From a virus (Duplodnaviria > Caudoviricetes), in IMG/VR virus record IMGVR_UViG_3300027754_000035: 64,000 nt of DNA; one strand, given 5' to 3'. This document shows, piece by piece, positions 1-9,094 of this stretch. How positions within the stretch are numbered: position 1 is the first letter of the stretch; every line of letters begins with the position of its first letter. A program made the position numbers and the translations under genes. Below the pieces are notes generated by a model that made no database searches, had not been told where the DNA came from, and was given only the letters and a program-made list of their open reading frames with translations.

Positions 1-966
1 TTGAAATTGACTACCACTGGCAACTTTGACATGAAGAATTATCTTGATGAATGCATCAAGTTGCGTCCGACCACTTTGATCATGGATGATATTAAGTGGA
101 AGTATATGGTGCGTAGTGCGGTGCGAGGCAAGAATATTTTGCTGCTTGGCCCCACTGGTTGTGGCAAGACTCTTGCTGCACAAACAGTTGCCAATGTTAT
201 TGGCAAGACCGACAACTTTTTCTATTTTAATTTGGGTGCCACACAGGATGCTCGCAGTGCATTGATTGGTAACACTCATTTTGACAAGTCCAGCGGAACC
301 TTTTTCAAGGAGTCCAGCTTTGTCAAGGCAATTCGCACTCCCAATGCAATTATTCTATTGGATGAAATTTCTCGCAGTCACCACGATGGTGTGAATATTC
401 TAATGACTGTGTTGGATGATCTCCAGCGGTATCTTCGTTTGGATGAAAAGGAAGACAACGAGGTTGTGCGTGTTGCTGATGGCGTCACATTTATTGCAAC
501 TGCCAACGTTGGTAACGAGTATACCGCCACCCGAGTCATGGACCGTGCGTTGCTGTCTCGGTTTCCGGTCAAGATCGAAATGAATCCCCTTGATAGGGAA
601 AGTGAATTTGCACTACTTAAAGACCGATTCAATATCACTGATCAGAGTCATTTGGACATTCTGAATGCTGTGTGTGACATTGCAGATCATACCCGTAAGC
701 AGATCAAGCATGAGGATAGTAAGATCAGCAACTTTTTGCCGACTCGTAGCACTGTTGAAATTGCTGAACTTATTGTGGATGGATTTAGTCTCGTTGAAAT
801 CGCTGAGACCACGGTGTATCCGAATTTTTCTGAGGATGGTGGTATTGATAGCGAACGCACGTACATGAAACAGTTGGTGCAAAAATATGTTAACACCAAT
901 ACCAATACGAAATTGTTCAACGATCCAGTCAAGGCCGACCTCGGTACCGGTGTGGTTCCGTTCTGA
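1..966 (+). CDS. MoxR/CbbQ/NirQ-type AAA+ ATPase (start at window edge, possibly 5'-partial)
   Basis: Walker A GPTGCGKT, Walker B ILLDE, FIATAN and DRALLSRF sensor/arginine-finger motifs; directly upstream of a VWA gene. Confidence 0.9.
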   Translation: MKLTTTGNFDMKNYLDECIKLRPTTLIMDDIKWKYMVRSAVRGKNILLLGPTGCGKTLAAQTVANVIGKTDNFFYFNLGATQDARSALIGNTHFDKSSGTFFKESSFVKAIRTPNAIILLDEISRSHHDGVNILMTVLDDLQRYLRLDEKEDNEVVRVADGVTFIATANVGNEYTATRVMDRALLSRFPVKIEMNPLDRESEFALLKDRFNITDQSHLDILNAVCDIADHTRKQIKHEDSKISNFLPTRSTVEIAELIVDGFSLVEIAETTVYPNFSEDGGIDSERTYMKQLVQKYVNTNTNTKLFNDPVKADLGTGVVPF

Positions 967-1000
967 ACTATTATTAACGATAGTGTAACTACATAAACAC

Positions 1001-3133
1001 ATGAGTAACCACAGCAATTTTTGGTTGGATGATTACGACATAGATTGGGATTTTTCGGAAGATTCCGATGGTGTTGATACATCCAATGCTCAAAGTCATC
1101 GTACTGCTAATCTAATTCGGCTCAGTGCTGCTAGAAGGGCTGTTGCTAATTATGTGACCATTCTCACCAACCGAACCATTCCCGTTCTGTTCAATGATCA
1201 AAACATGAGCATGACCGATGGTAAGACTGTGTATATTGGTTCCGACATCAATGAAAAGGGGAACTTCGATGTTTCCGTTGGATTGGCTCTACATGAGGGT
1301 AGCCATATTTGCTATAGCGATTTTGATTTGTTCAAGACCATTTGGCAAAATATTCCCCGTGAGATTTACAATTACACGGAAAAGTTGCAGATTGCCAAGG
1401 AGAAGGTGGCCGACGTTGTGCGTACATTGCTCAATATTGTTGAGGATCGCTACATCGACTACATGGTGTATAAAAACGCACCCGGATATCGTGGATATTA
1501 CGAGAGTCTATACAACAAGTATTTTTATGCATCTGTAATTGATGATGGTCTGCGTAGCAAGTTGTATCGCATTCCCAGCATTGAATCATACTTGTACAGG
1601 CTGATTAATATCACCAACAAGAACACCGATCTCAAGGCGTTGCCTGGGCTATACGAACTTGCCAAGATTCTGGATCTAAGCAACATTGCACGTTTGGATA
1701 AGCCCAAGGATCGTCTGGATGTTGCTATTGAAATGGCAACGCTGATGTTCAAAAATATCACGGAATATGATGCTCAATCTGCAATGGTGGGTCCATCTAG
1801 CAAAAGCTCTCCGAGTGAATCACAGCCAGGCTCTGAATCGGAGCCTACCGATGATGAGTCTGATGATCAAACCGATGATGTTAAGGATGGTGATGATGAC
1901 CAAAAGTCTGCAAAAAAACCAAAGGATGGTGCATCGTTGGATGACGTTCTGGGTGGCGACACCACAAAGGTAGACAATGTTGCGGGTGATGCACCAGTTG
2001 AAGACATTGGTGAGGATGCCACGGTCAGTACTACAAAGCGGGAAAAAATCCGCAAGGCGTTTGACAAGCAAAAGTCATTCCTCAAAGGTGATATCAAAAA
2101 GAAAAAGGTTTCTAAGAAGGAGAACCAAATTCTTACTGTGCTTGAACAGAGCAAAATCGATTTGATTGATGTGGGTACTGAGTATCTTGTCAACCAGAAT
2201 ACGGTGGGTGCTATCGAGTGTGTTTTGGTCAATAATATGACCCGTGAGTTGGTGATGAGCGAAGAGTTCCCTCTTGGACAAAAGTCAAGTGCCTATAAAG
2301 ACCCATTTAAGAATCCACATGTTGTGGATATGCAGACGTATATCAATAGTGGTATTTCCATGGGAATCAAAATTGGTAAACGTCTTCAATTCCGCAACGA
2401 AGTCAATATTGATAAATTTAGCCGTCGAGAGACTGGTCGTATCGACAAGCGTTTGTTGCATGAACTGGGATGTGACTCCGAAAATGTGTTTTACACAATT
2501 GCTACCAGCAAGTATAAGAAAATGAATTTTCACATCAGTGTTGATGCGAGTAGTAGTATGCGAGGCAACAAGTGGTTTCGTACCATGCGTCTTTGCACTG
2601 CTATTGCCAAGGCTGCTAGTATGTTGGATAACATTCGAGTCACCATCAGTTTCCGTACAACCATGGAAAAGTTGCCGTATGTTGTGATTGGTTATGATAG
2701 TGCTGTTGATAAGTTTGTTAAAATCCACAATCTATTTGCACTACTATCACCTGATGGTCTTACACCCGAGGGCTTGAGTTTTGAAGCAATCATGCGAACT
2801 CTGCCTAAGAATGAAACCAACACCGAGAATTACTTTATAAACATCAGTGATGGTGAGCCATGCTACAACTACAATGGTGATGGAACTGAGTATGGGATTA
2901 ATTACAGCGGCGAGGCAGCGGCCCGGCACACCCGAAAGCAGGTCAAGAAGATACGTGAAATGGGATATGGTGTTCTTTCATACTTTATTGCTGAAAATGA
3001 TTCCATGAGCGATAAGTTGAATCAATTATTCAAAATAATGTATGCCGATGACGCATATTTCATCAACGTTGATAATATCAATCAGATTGTCAAAACACTC
3101 AATCAAAAGTTGATGGAAAGTGTTGACTTATAA
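1001..3133 (+). CDS. VWA (MIDAS) domain protein with N-terminal HExxH metallopeptidase-like domain and acidic linker; CobT-like partner of the AAA ATPase
   Basis: ALHEGSH motif; D/E/S-rich linker; C-terminal VDASSSM, TPEG and ISDGEP MIDAS elements. Confidence 0.85.
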   Translation: MSNHSNFWLDDYDIDWDFSEDSDGVDTSNAQSHRTANLIRLSAARRAVANYVTILTNRTIPVLFNDQNMSMTDGKTVYIGSDINEKGNFDVSVGLALHEGSHICYSDFDLFKTIWQNIPREIYNYTEKLQIAKEKVADVVRTLLNIVEDRYIDYMVYKNAPGYRGYYESLYNKYFYASVIDDGLRSKLYRIPSIESYLYRLINITNKNTDLKALPGLYELAKILDLSNIARLDKPKDRLDVAIEMATLMFKNITEYDAQSAMVGPSSKSSPSESQPGSESEPTDDESDDQTDDVKDGDDDQKSAKKPKDGASLDDVLGGDTTKVDNVAGDAPVEDIGEDATVSTTKREKIRKAFDKQKSFLKGDIKKKKVSKKENQILTVLEQSKIDLIDVGTEYLVNQNTVGAIECVLVNNMTRELVMSEEFPLGQKSSAYKDPFKNPHVVDMQTYINSGISMGIKIGKRLQFRNEVNIDKFSRRETGRIDKRLLHELGCDSENVFYTIATSKYKKMNFHISVDASSSMRGNKWFRTMRLCTAIAKAASMLDNIRVTISFRTTMEKLPYVVIGYDSAVDKFVKIHNLFALLSPDGLTPEGLSFEAIMRTLPKNETNTENYFINISDGEPCYNYNGDGTEYGINYSGEAAARHTRKQVKKIREMGYGVLSYFIAENDSMSDKLNQLFKIMYADDAYFINVDNINQIVKTLNQKLMESVDL

Positions 3134-3150
3134 AAACTTACGTCTATAAT
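3123..3150 (+). promoter_or_regulatory. sigma70-like promoter
   Basis: TTGACT-16 nt-TATAAT upstream of ORF 3214. Confidence 0.65.
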
Positions 3151-3213
3151 GTAAGAAGGTAGAATTTACGCAATCCGTAAAAACAAAAAACAAACAAACA
3201 AGAAGGATAAAAT

Positions 3214-3645
3214 ATGAAGAAAACTGATAGGAAGAATAAGACAGGTCTCACGGTCACTTGGCCCAATGGACTATTTACACATGAGGACTGCCACGCACTG
3301 AATTCCGATTTTATTGGTATTACGTTGCGAGTACGCATCAAGAAGGCAATCACAGCTGGAAGTGTGAATGAGATTGGTGTGTTGCAGAACGGCAAGGGTC
3401 GTCCATCCAAGGTGATGGTCAATGGTCCTATTACTCAAGAACTGGTGGTGGAAGCCAAGAGTCGTGGCATTATTCTCAAGCCTAGCCTCACTGTCAACGT
3501 CATGAATATTCAACCCATTGCTACACCCGTACAAGCGGCGGATGTGATCCGGTTCGCATCCGAGGTGGACGCATCTACCACAGTTGAAGCTATGGCAACC
3601 AACACCGAAGAATCCACTAAGGAACACAATACTGTATCTGCGTAA
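3214..3645 (+). CDS. hypothetical protein, possible winged-helix DNA-binding protein
   Basis: Promoter upstream, terminator downstream; ITLRVRIKKAI...GKGRP pattern resembles wHTH. Confidence 0.6.
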   Translation: MKKTDRKNKTGLTVTWPNGLFTHEDCHALNSDFIGITLRVRIKKAITAGSVNEIGVLQNGKGRPSKVMVNGPITQELVVEAKSRGIILKPSLTVNVMNIQPIATPVQAADVIRFASEVDASTTVEAMATNTEESTKEHNTVSA

Positions 3646-3658
3646 CAAATACGTACAG

Positions 3659-3895
3659 TTAAAGATTGTGTGACCAAAGCGGACTTAATTTTAGTCCGCT
3701 TTTTTCTTTTGCGTAATAGTAAATTGACGCATTTTTCATGTGTGTTTTGATATTTTTAATGATTCCCTCACACATGTTCCAACTACCATTGTAAATGGCA
3801 ATATCTAGTTGACTATCAAAAACACTATATTTTGTAGTTGACAACTCAAATACATAAAAAGTATCTTCTTTTGGATTTATTGGTTTGAACGGCAT
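3659..3895 (-). CDS. small hypothetical protein
   Basis: 78 aa ORF filling the gap; TATTTAT motif 14 nt upstream on the minus strand. Confidence 0.6.
   Translation of the reverse strand: MPFKPINPKEDTFYVFELSTTKYSVFDSQLDIAIYNGSWNMCEGIIKNIKTHMKNASIYYYAKEKSGLKLSPLWSHNL
3676..3705 (+). terminator. intrinsic terminator
   Basis: AAAGCGGACT-7 nt loop-AGTCCGCTTT followed by a T run, 30 nt after the stop of ORF 3214. Confidence 0.75.
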
Positions 3896-3915
3896 AGCTG
3901 GCTCTACCTATAAAT

Positions 3916-5094
3916 ATGGATGTTTTGCAAGAATACTTCAATGTAAACGAATTTGATTACGAAGCCAATAAAAAGAAGCTCATAGATAACTTAAATTTTC
4001 TCAAAGCCATGAGTGTAGAAGAACACACATTCTACAAGAAATGGCGAGAAGTTCAAGATTTGAAAGATGTGGTGGCAAAGTCTGTTGCGGTGAAATATAA
4101 AATATGGACGCCAACTGATCTCAACAATGATCAACTCACAATATCTGAAATAAATTCTATTCAACCCAAGATATTGCATGTAAATAATCCAACTCTTGTT
4201 AATGACTGGAAAATGATTCGTATATTTTCACACACAATGGAATATGATCAAAACCCAGGTCGATTTGTGAGGTTATTGGTCACAGATGGTCATCCGACCA
4301 ATCCACGGTATATTGGAGCCGTGAGCATGGCCAGCGATGTAATAGCACTGGGATATAGAGATACTTATATTGGTTGGACGGAACATGATAAACTCAAAAA
4401 GAAAAAATTGAATCATAGTTCCATTGGTAGTTGTATTATGGCAACCCAACCATTTGGATACAATTTTTTGGGTGGTAAATTAATGTCGTTGTTGATAACT
4501 TGCGAAACTGTCCGAGACATATGGAAACAACAATATGGTCAAACACTGGCAGGAATTAGTACCACCAGTCTGTATGGTAGCTATTCAATGTACAACAGTT
4601 TGAAGTGGTGGAAGAAGTGTGGCATCAGCACTGGGCGCATGGTGATCAAACCTGACCACGACATTTACAATATTTGGCGTACATGGTTTATATTGAATCG
4701 TACACAAACTTATGCTGATCGATTGACTCCCAACGAAGGAAATACAGGCCCAGTCACTGCTCCCAAGAACAAAACCATTGGTTTGTTGCTAGACGAAGTG
4801 GGTCTGAAGCAGCGAGATTACATCAATGGATATGAGCGTGGAACTTACTATGCGTGTCCATTTTTCAATAGTCGGGAGTTTCTGAGGAATGAAATTTCTG
4901 AAAACGAATTGGTATTGAATCCAATATACACTGAACAATATGTAATTGATTGGTGGCGTAAAAAGGCAATTGCCCGATATTTGAACCTTAAACAGCAAAA
5001 TAATCTCAAACCAGAAATTTTGTATTACAACCAAATGATTGGTATGAGTTATGCCGACGCCAAAAAACATTACTTTGATGAAGTGGGAAGATGA
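3916..5094 (+). CDS. DUF4338 / Druantia DruA-like protein
   Basis: PGR..RLLV, IGAVSMAS, QPFGYNFLGGKL and TTSLYG motifs that I recall from this family. Confidence 0.7.
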   Translation: MDVLQEYFNVNEFDYEANKKKLIDNLNFLKAMSVEEHTFYKKWREVQDLKDVVAKSVAVKYKIWTPTDLNNDQLTISEINSIQPKILHVNNPTLVNDWKMIRIFSHTMEYDQNPGRFVRLLVTDGHPTNPRYIGAVSMASDVIALGYRDTYIGWTEHDKLKKKKLNHSSIGSCIMATQPFGYNFLGGKLMSLLITCETVRDIWKQQYGQTLAGISTTSLYGSYSMYNSLKWWKKCGISTGRMVIKPDHDIYNIWRTWFILNRTQTYADRLTPNEGNTGPVTAPKNKTIGLLLDEVGLKQRDYINGYERGTYYACPFFNSREFLRNEISENELVLNPIYTEQYVIDWWRKKAIARYLNLKQQNNLKPEILYYNQMIGMSYADAKKHYFDEVGR

Positions 5095-5122
5095 TAATTT
5101 TACTATTTATTAGGGTAAATCA

Positions 5123-6706
5123 ATGGATAAAAGTAAAAATCCGTCAGTCAACTATACATTTTCAGATAGATATCAACAATTTGTATCTAAGTTGACACAG
5201 TTTGCTAAGTTAACCCGAAAATCAGATACGGTTGACAATAGCCCCGACGGCATTTTTACGGGTGACGTTGGCGATCTGCTGGTAAAAAATAATAATCAAA
5301 TCTATTATCGTGGTCAATCCGATGCCGATTTCAAATCATTATCGGATCAATTCCCAGACATAACACAAACAACGTCGTATGTATTGGCACAAGGCATCAA
5401 TAAAAAAGCATCTTGGATCAAAACAGCCACTGGTCTAAAGTCGTGGCAACTGTTGGGATACTTTTGCCCAATTCTTAATGTTAATTGTTGCGCCCTCGTT
5501 GAACCCAACCCAACTCCTACACCCACTCCAAGCTTAACAGTCACTCCAAGCTTAACACCCACTCCGAGCTTAACACCCACTCCGAGCTTAACAGTCACTC
5601 CAAGCTTAACAGCAACACGATCAGTCACTCCAAGCTTAACACCCACACCAAGCTTAACAACCACTCCAAGCTTAACAGCCACTCCAAGCTTAACAGCCAC
5701 TCCAAGCTTAACAGCCACTCCAAGCTTGACGGCCACACCAAGCTTAACAGCTACGCCTAGCTTAACAGCCACTCCTAGCTTAACAGCAACACCAAGCTTG
5801 ACTGCAACACCAAGCTTAACAGCTACGCCTAGCTTAACAGCAACTCCTAGCTTAACAGCAACACCAAGCTTAACAGCCACTCCAAGCTTAACAGCCACTC
5901 CAAGCTTGACGGCCACACCAAGCTTAACAGCTACGCCTAGCTTAACAGCAACTCCTAGCTTAACAGCAACACCAAGCTTGACTGCAACACCAAGCTTAAC
6001 AGCTACGCCTAGCTTAACAGCAACTCCTAGCTTAACAGCAACACCAAGCTTGACTGCAACACCAAGCTTGACTGCTACACCAAGCTTGACACCAGCAGCA
6101 AGTCCAGCAGCAAGTCCAGCAGCAAGTCCAGCAGCAAGTCCAGCAGCAAGTCCAGCAGCAAGTCCAGCAGCAAGTCCAGCAGCAAGTCCACCAGCAAGTC
6201 CAGCAGCAAGTCCAGCAGCAAGTCCACCAGCGGACGAATTTTATTATGCGGTATTACGCTCTCCAGGATCTTGTTCACTGCAACCAGCTTGCACCGATCC
6301 TGTAACTTGTAATCCTTGCTGGGATGGATCTGGCACCCAGCCATATTGTGGACTAGGATATATTGTTGCTGGAGTTGAGATTAACCCATATAATTCGGCA
6401 GGTGCTATTATGGAAGTGGTCGGAACTCCAGCAACCACTATGGTGTGTGGAACGAACGATGTACAGACTGTGGCAACTATTAGGTTCAACGCAGCATTTA
6501 GAGGCATTTCAAATGCTGGTAATTGTGAACGAATTACCAAGACATCTCCGAGTCGGGATATCAACGATTGTTGCACCACCAATACAGTTGTAGGTACATG
6601 GATAACTTATGATGAGATCCTCGCCGCGATTACCTATGCGGAGGGTCTGCCAGACGAAGAAGGAGGATCTGGGACTGCACTTGATCCATGGAGAATAGGG
6701 GCGTGA
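5123..6706 (+). CDS. mucin-like Pro/Ser/Thr-rich repeat protein, probable virion fibre or surface protein
   Basis: N-terminal domain with GDVGDL...WIKT...W motif, about 31 PSLT(A)T and 11 PAAS repeats, Cys-rich C-terminal domain; no signal peptide. Confidence 0.8.
   Translation: MDKSKNPSVNYTFSDRYQQFVSKLTQFAKLTRKSDTVDNSPDGIFTGDVGDLLVKNNNQIYYRGQSDADFKSLSDQFPDITQTTSYVLAQGINKKASWIKTATGLKSWQLLGYFCPILNVNCCALVEPNPTPTPTPSLTVTPSLTPTPSLTPTPSLTVTPSLTATRSVTPSLTPTPSLTTTPSLTATPSLTATPSLTATPSLTATPSLTATPSLTATPSLTATPSLTATPSLTATPSLTATPSLTATPSLTATPSLTATPSLTATPSLTATPSLTATPSLTATPSLTATPSLTATPSLTATPSLTATPSLTATPSLTATPSLTPAASPAASPAASPAASPAASPAASPAASPAASPPASPAASPAASPPADEFYYAVLRSPGSCSLQPACTDPVTCNPCWDGSGTQPYCGLGYIVAGVEINPYNSAGAIMEVVGTPATTMVCGTNDVQTVATIRFNAAFRGISNAGNCERITKTSPSRDINDCCTTNTVVGTWITYDEILAAITYAEGLPDEEGGSGTALDPWRIGA
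5528..6091 (+). repeat. 18-bp tandem repeat, about 31 units (PSLTAT)
   Basis: ccaagcttaacagccact and synonymous variants; 72-bp and 180-bp higher-order periods. Confidence 0.97.
6092..6232 (+). repeat. 12-bp tandem repeat, about 11 units (PAAS)
   Basis: ccagcagcaagt repeated with two PPA variants. Confidence 0.97.
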
Positions 6707-6752
6707 TTGTAATAAATGTCGTCAATATAAATTTGGTAATATAAAAATAATA

Positions 6753-6980
6753 ATGGGTGATCCATCGGTTTGTGGTATTCAAGATTTTGGTCCGAACAAC
6801 ATATCATATGATACTTTGATTAATAAAATCATCTATGCCGAGGCAAACCCTGGCTTCATGCCAGATGGATTAACTGTCCGTGATGGTAGTAGCGCGAGGC
6901 CATACTTAACTTCGCTGCAATAAATTGAGTCACCAAGCTTGACACCAACACCAACTGCAACGGCCACTGGAAGTGTCTGA
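6753..6980 (+). pseudogene. probable remnant paralogous to the C-terminus of the repeat protein
   Basis: 56 aa ORF 6753-6923 with ISYDTLINKIIYAE (versus ITYDEILAAITYAE upstream); after an in-frame TAA it continues as IESPSLTPTPTATATGSV. Confidence 0.55.
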
Positions 6981-7008
6981 TTGACATTGTTATAATCTGT
7001 GCTATGAT
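6981..7008 (+). promoter_or_regulatory. sigma70-like promoter with extended -10
   Basis: TTGACA-16 nt-TATGAT preceded by TGn; 6 nt before the uvsE ATG. Confidence 0.75.
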
Positions 7009-7014
7009 TGTGAC

Positions 7015-7947
7015 ATGCGAAAAAGTCTGTGTTGTATATCTCTAAAATTGCAAGACCGTGGCATTAAAGCCCAAACAATGACCCGCCAACGGTTTTTGTT
7101 GCTAGAAAACAAAGTAGCACTAGCCACTCTCAGCAAACGTGTACTCAATAATTTAGGAGTAACACACGATACCATTAAATATTGTATCGAAAAAAACTGG
7201 AACTACAGAATCAGCAGTGATTTGTTTCCATTGGCAACTCTACCAGACGCAAACATTTCATTGGATATTCTACCAGATAAACTCATGATTGATGCAATGT
7301 TCGCAAAAATCGCATTGCTCATCAAAAATAGCAATATTCGATGCAGTATGCACCCCGATCAATTTGTGGTTCCAGCCAGCGCAAACCCTGCGGTTGTGGT
7401 CAAATCTTTGGTGGAACTTAAACATCACGCAGACCTGATGGATAGAATGGGTCTTCCCCGTTCCTACGAGGCTCCTATAAACATTCACATGAATAGTTTC
7501 AAAGGAGACCTTGCCGAGACATCAAAACGCTTTATAGAGGCATTTAGAACGCTTCCCGAGGCCGTTACCAGTCGTTTGGTATTGGAGAACGAAGACAAAC
7601 CCAATAGTTGGAATGTGGAACAGTTGTATGAATACATTTATCAAAAAATCAACATACCTATTACGTATGATAATTTGCACTTTGAGTGTAATCCAGGCCG
7701 CACAACTGCGAAACGTGCTGTAGATTTGGCAGTATCAACATGGACTACGTATCGTCCGTTGTTTCATTACAGCGATTCAATTGGCAAAACAGGCGTCAAT
7801 CGTCGTGCTCATGCCGACAAACCCAGTGTGTTTCCTACTGAATACCAGAATTTGGATGTTGATTTGGAATTTGAGTTCAAGGCCAAAGATTACGCTATTG
7901 AACATTTTGAGCAGACCCTACAAAATAAAATAAGTGGTACCTGTTGA
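7015..7947 (+). CDS. uvsE: UV DNA damage endonuclease
   Basis: YRISSDLFP, SMHPDQFVV, LVLENEDK, YDNLH, FHYS and RAHAD metal-ligand motifs of the UVDE TIM barrel. Confidence 0.92.
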   Translation: MRKSLCCISLKLQDRGIKAQTMTRQRFLLLENKVALATLSKRVLNNLGVTHDTIKYCIEKNWNYRISSDLFPLATLPDANISLDILPDKLMIDAMFAKIALLIKNSNIRCSMHPDQFVVPASANPAVVVKSLVELKHHADLMDRMGLPRSYEAPINIHMNSFKGDLAETSKRFIEAFRTLPEAVTSRLVLENEDKPNSWNVEQLYEYIYQKINIPITYDNLHFECNPGRTTAKRAVDLAVSTWTTYRPLFHYSDSIGKTGVNRRAHADKPSVFPTEYQNLDVDLEFEFKAKDYAIEHFEQTLQNKISGTC

Positions 7948-7972
7948 CAATGCCGCAGATTGGGTGTATAGT
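7944..7972 (+). promoter_or_regulatory. sigma70-like promoter
   Basis: TTGACA-17 nt-TATAGT. Confidence 0.75.
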
Positions 7973-8028
7973 AATATCAAGTTAGCGAACAACTAACGAA
8001 ACAAACAAAAAAAGAAAAAAACATAAAT

Positions 8029-8232
8029 ATGTATACTCGTAAAAATAGCAAGAACAAGACAAACTTCGTCGGCCACAACAGCACTGGTGTTGAGCTTTAT
8101 CTCTCAACTCCACTCTCTGGTGCCAAGAAGCCCACACGTCTGACCCTCCGTGCCGGTGATACCCGTTTGGATTTGAACGGTCGTCAAATCAAGGCTCTGC
8201 GTGAGGTTCTTGCCGTTGGATTCAAAGCCTAA
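8029..8232 (+). CDS. small basic hypothetical protein
   Basis: First gene after a strong promoter, A-rich leader, 67 aa. Confidence 0.7.
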   Translation: MYTRKNSKNKTNFVGHNSTGVELYLSTPLSGAKKPTRLTLRAGDTRLDLNGRQIKALREVLAVGFKA

Positions 8233-8235
8233 TCA

Positions 8236-8667
8236 ATGAGCATTGGACCAACAATTAGTGTTGGGGTGTGGCTCCTAATTTTGGGAGCCACACTTTTTTT
8301 TGTTTATCGCAAATGGGTATGCCCGTTACGAAAAAAAATTAATGAACTCACCAACACACTAACATCCCTCAATGAGTCATTAAATAAAACGTCACAAGAT
8401 TTAGTTGATATACACCAATCATCAAATCAACAACACGCTATAACTGAGCAAAATCATTTGCGTCTTGCCAAGGAAATTGAAACACAAAAAACTGAGACCA
8501 ACAGAATGTTTGAAACGGTCACAGAAGCGTTTGAGTTTTTAAGTACTGAGCGAAGTCAGATGTTGAAAGATGTTGCGGATTTGAATCGACGTGTTAGAAT
8601 GAATAGTAATGAAACGAAAAGACAAGCCGTCCATAGACGCCGTGGTGAGAACCAGAGGTCTGTTTGA
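8236..8667 (+). CDS. membrane-anchored coiled-coil protein
   Basis: N-terminal hydrophobic helix (VGVWLLILGATLFFVY) followed by a heptad-like region. Confidence 0.7.
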   Translation: MSIGPTISVGVWLLILGATLFFVYRKWVCPLRKKINELTNTLTSLNESLNKTSQDLVDIHQSSNQQHAITEQNHLRLAKEIETQKTETNRMFETVTEAFEFLSTERSQMLKDVADLNRRVRMNSNETKRQAVHRRRGENQRSV

Positions 8668-9088
8668 TCATGTAAAACACATTCGTCAGACTCAAAGCAG
8701 CGATTACTACAATACATTGTCAGAAGCAGAGCGCAAGACATTCAACAAATATATGATTTTGCGAGTGTTGAGTATGGATGTCAATGTTATTGAAGAGATT
8801 TCGTACATCTCAAAATACTTTGAAGTTTTGCCGGATGCTCAGTTTTATCAACTGTTGATCAAGTGTTTGCCCAAGGATTACAAGTTTTATCCTTACATCA
8901 AAAAGAGTGGCAAAGATATCAATTCAACTGTGATGGGTTGCATTTGCAAAAAGTTTGGTGTGGGTAGCAAAGATGCAGCCGATTATTATCGTGTATGGAT
9001 CTCAACGGAGCCGGGTATCAATGAGTTGATTTCATTGGTATCTTCGTATGGACACTCACAATCGGAAATTGAAAAAATGTTTGAATAA
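8609..9088 (+). CDS. clamp loader small subunit (T4 gp62-like)
   Basis: LFDHVKHI...FNKYMILRVLSMD pattern, C-terminal YPYIKK; phage replication context. Confidence 0.7.
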   Translation: MKRKDKPSIDAVVRTRGLFDHVKHIRQTQSSDYYNTLSEAERKTFNKYMILRVLSMDVNVIEEISYISKYFEVLPDAQFYQLLIKCLPKDYKFYPYIKKSGKDINSTVMGCICKKFGVGSKDAADYYRVWISTEPGINELISLVSSYGHSQSEIEKMFE

Positions 9089-9094
9089 TAATAT

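Noticed and set aside
5528-6232. Possible CRISPR array
   Set aside because: Contiguous in-frame units with no unique spacers; variation is at synonymous positions
5347-6344. Minus-strand ORFs (AVKLGV)n and (LLD)n
   Set aside because: Antisense shadows of the 18-bp and 12-bp coding repeats
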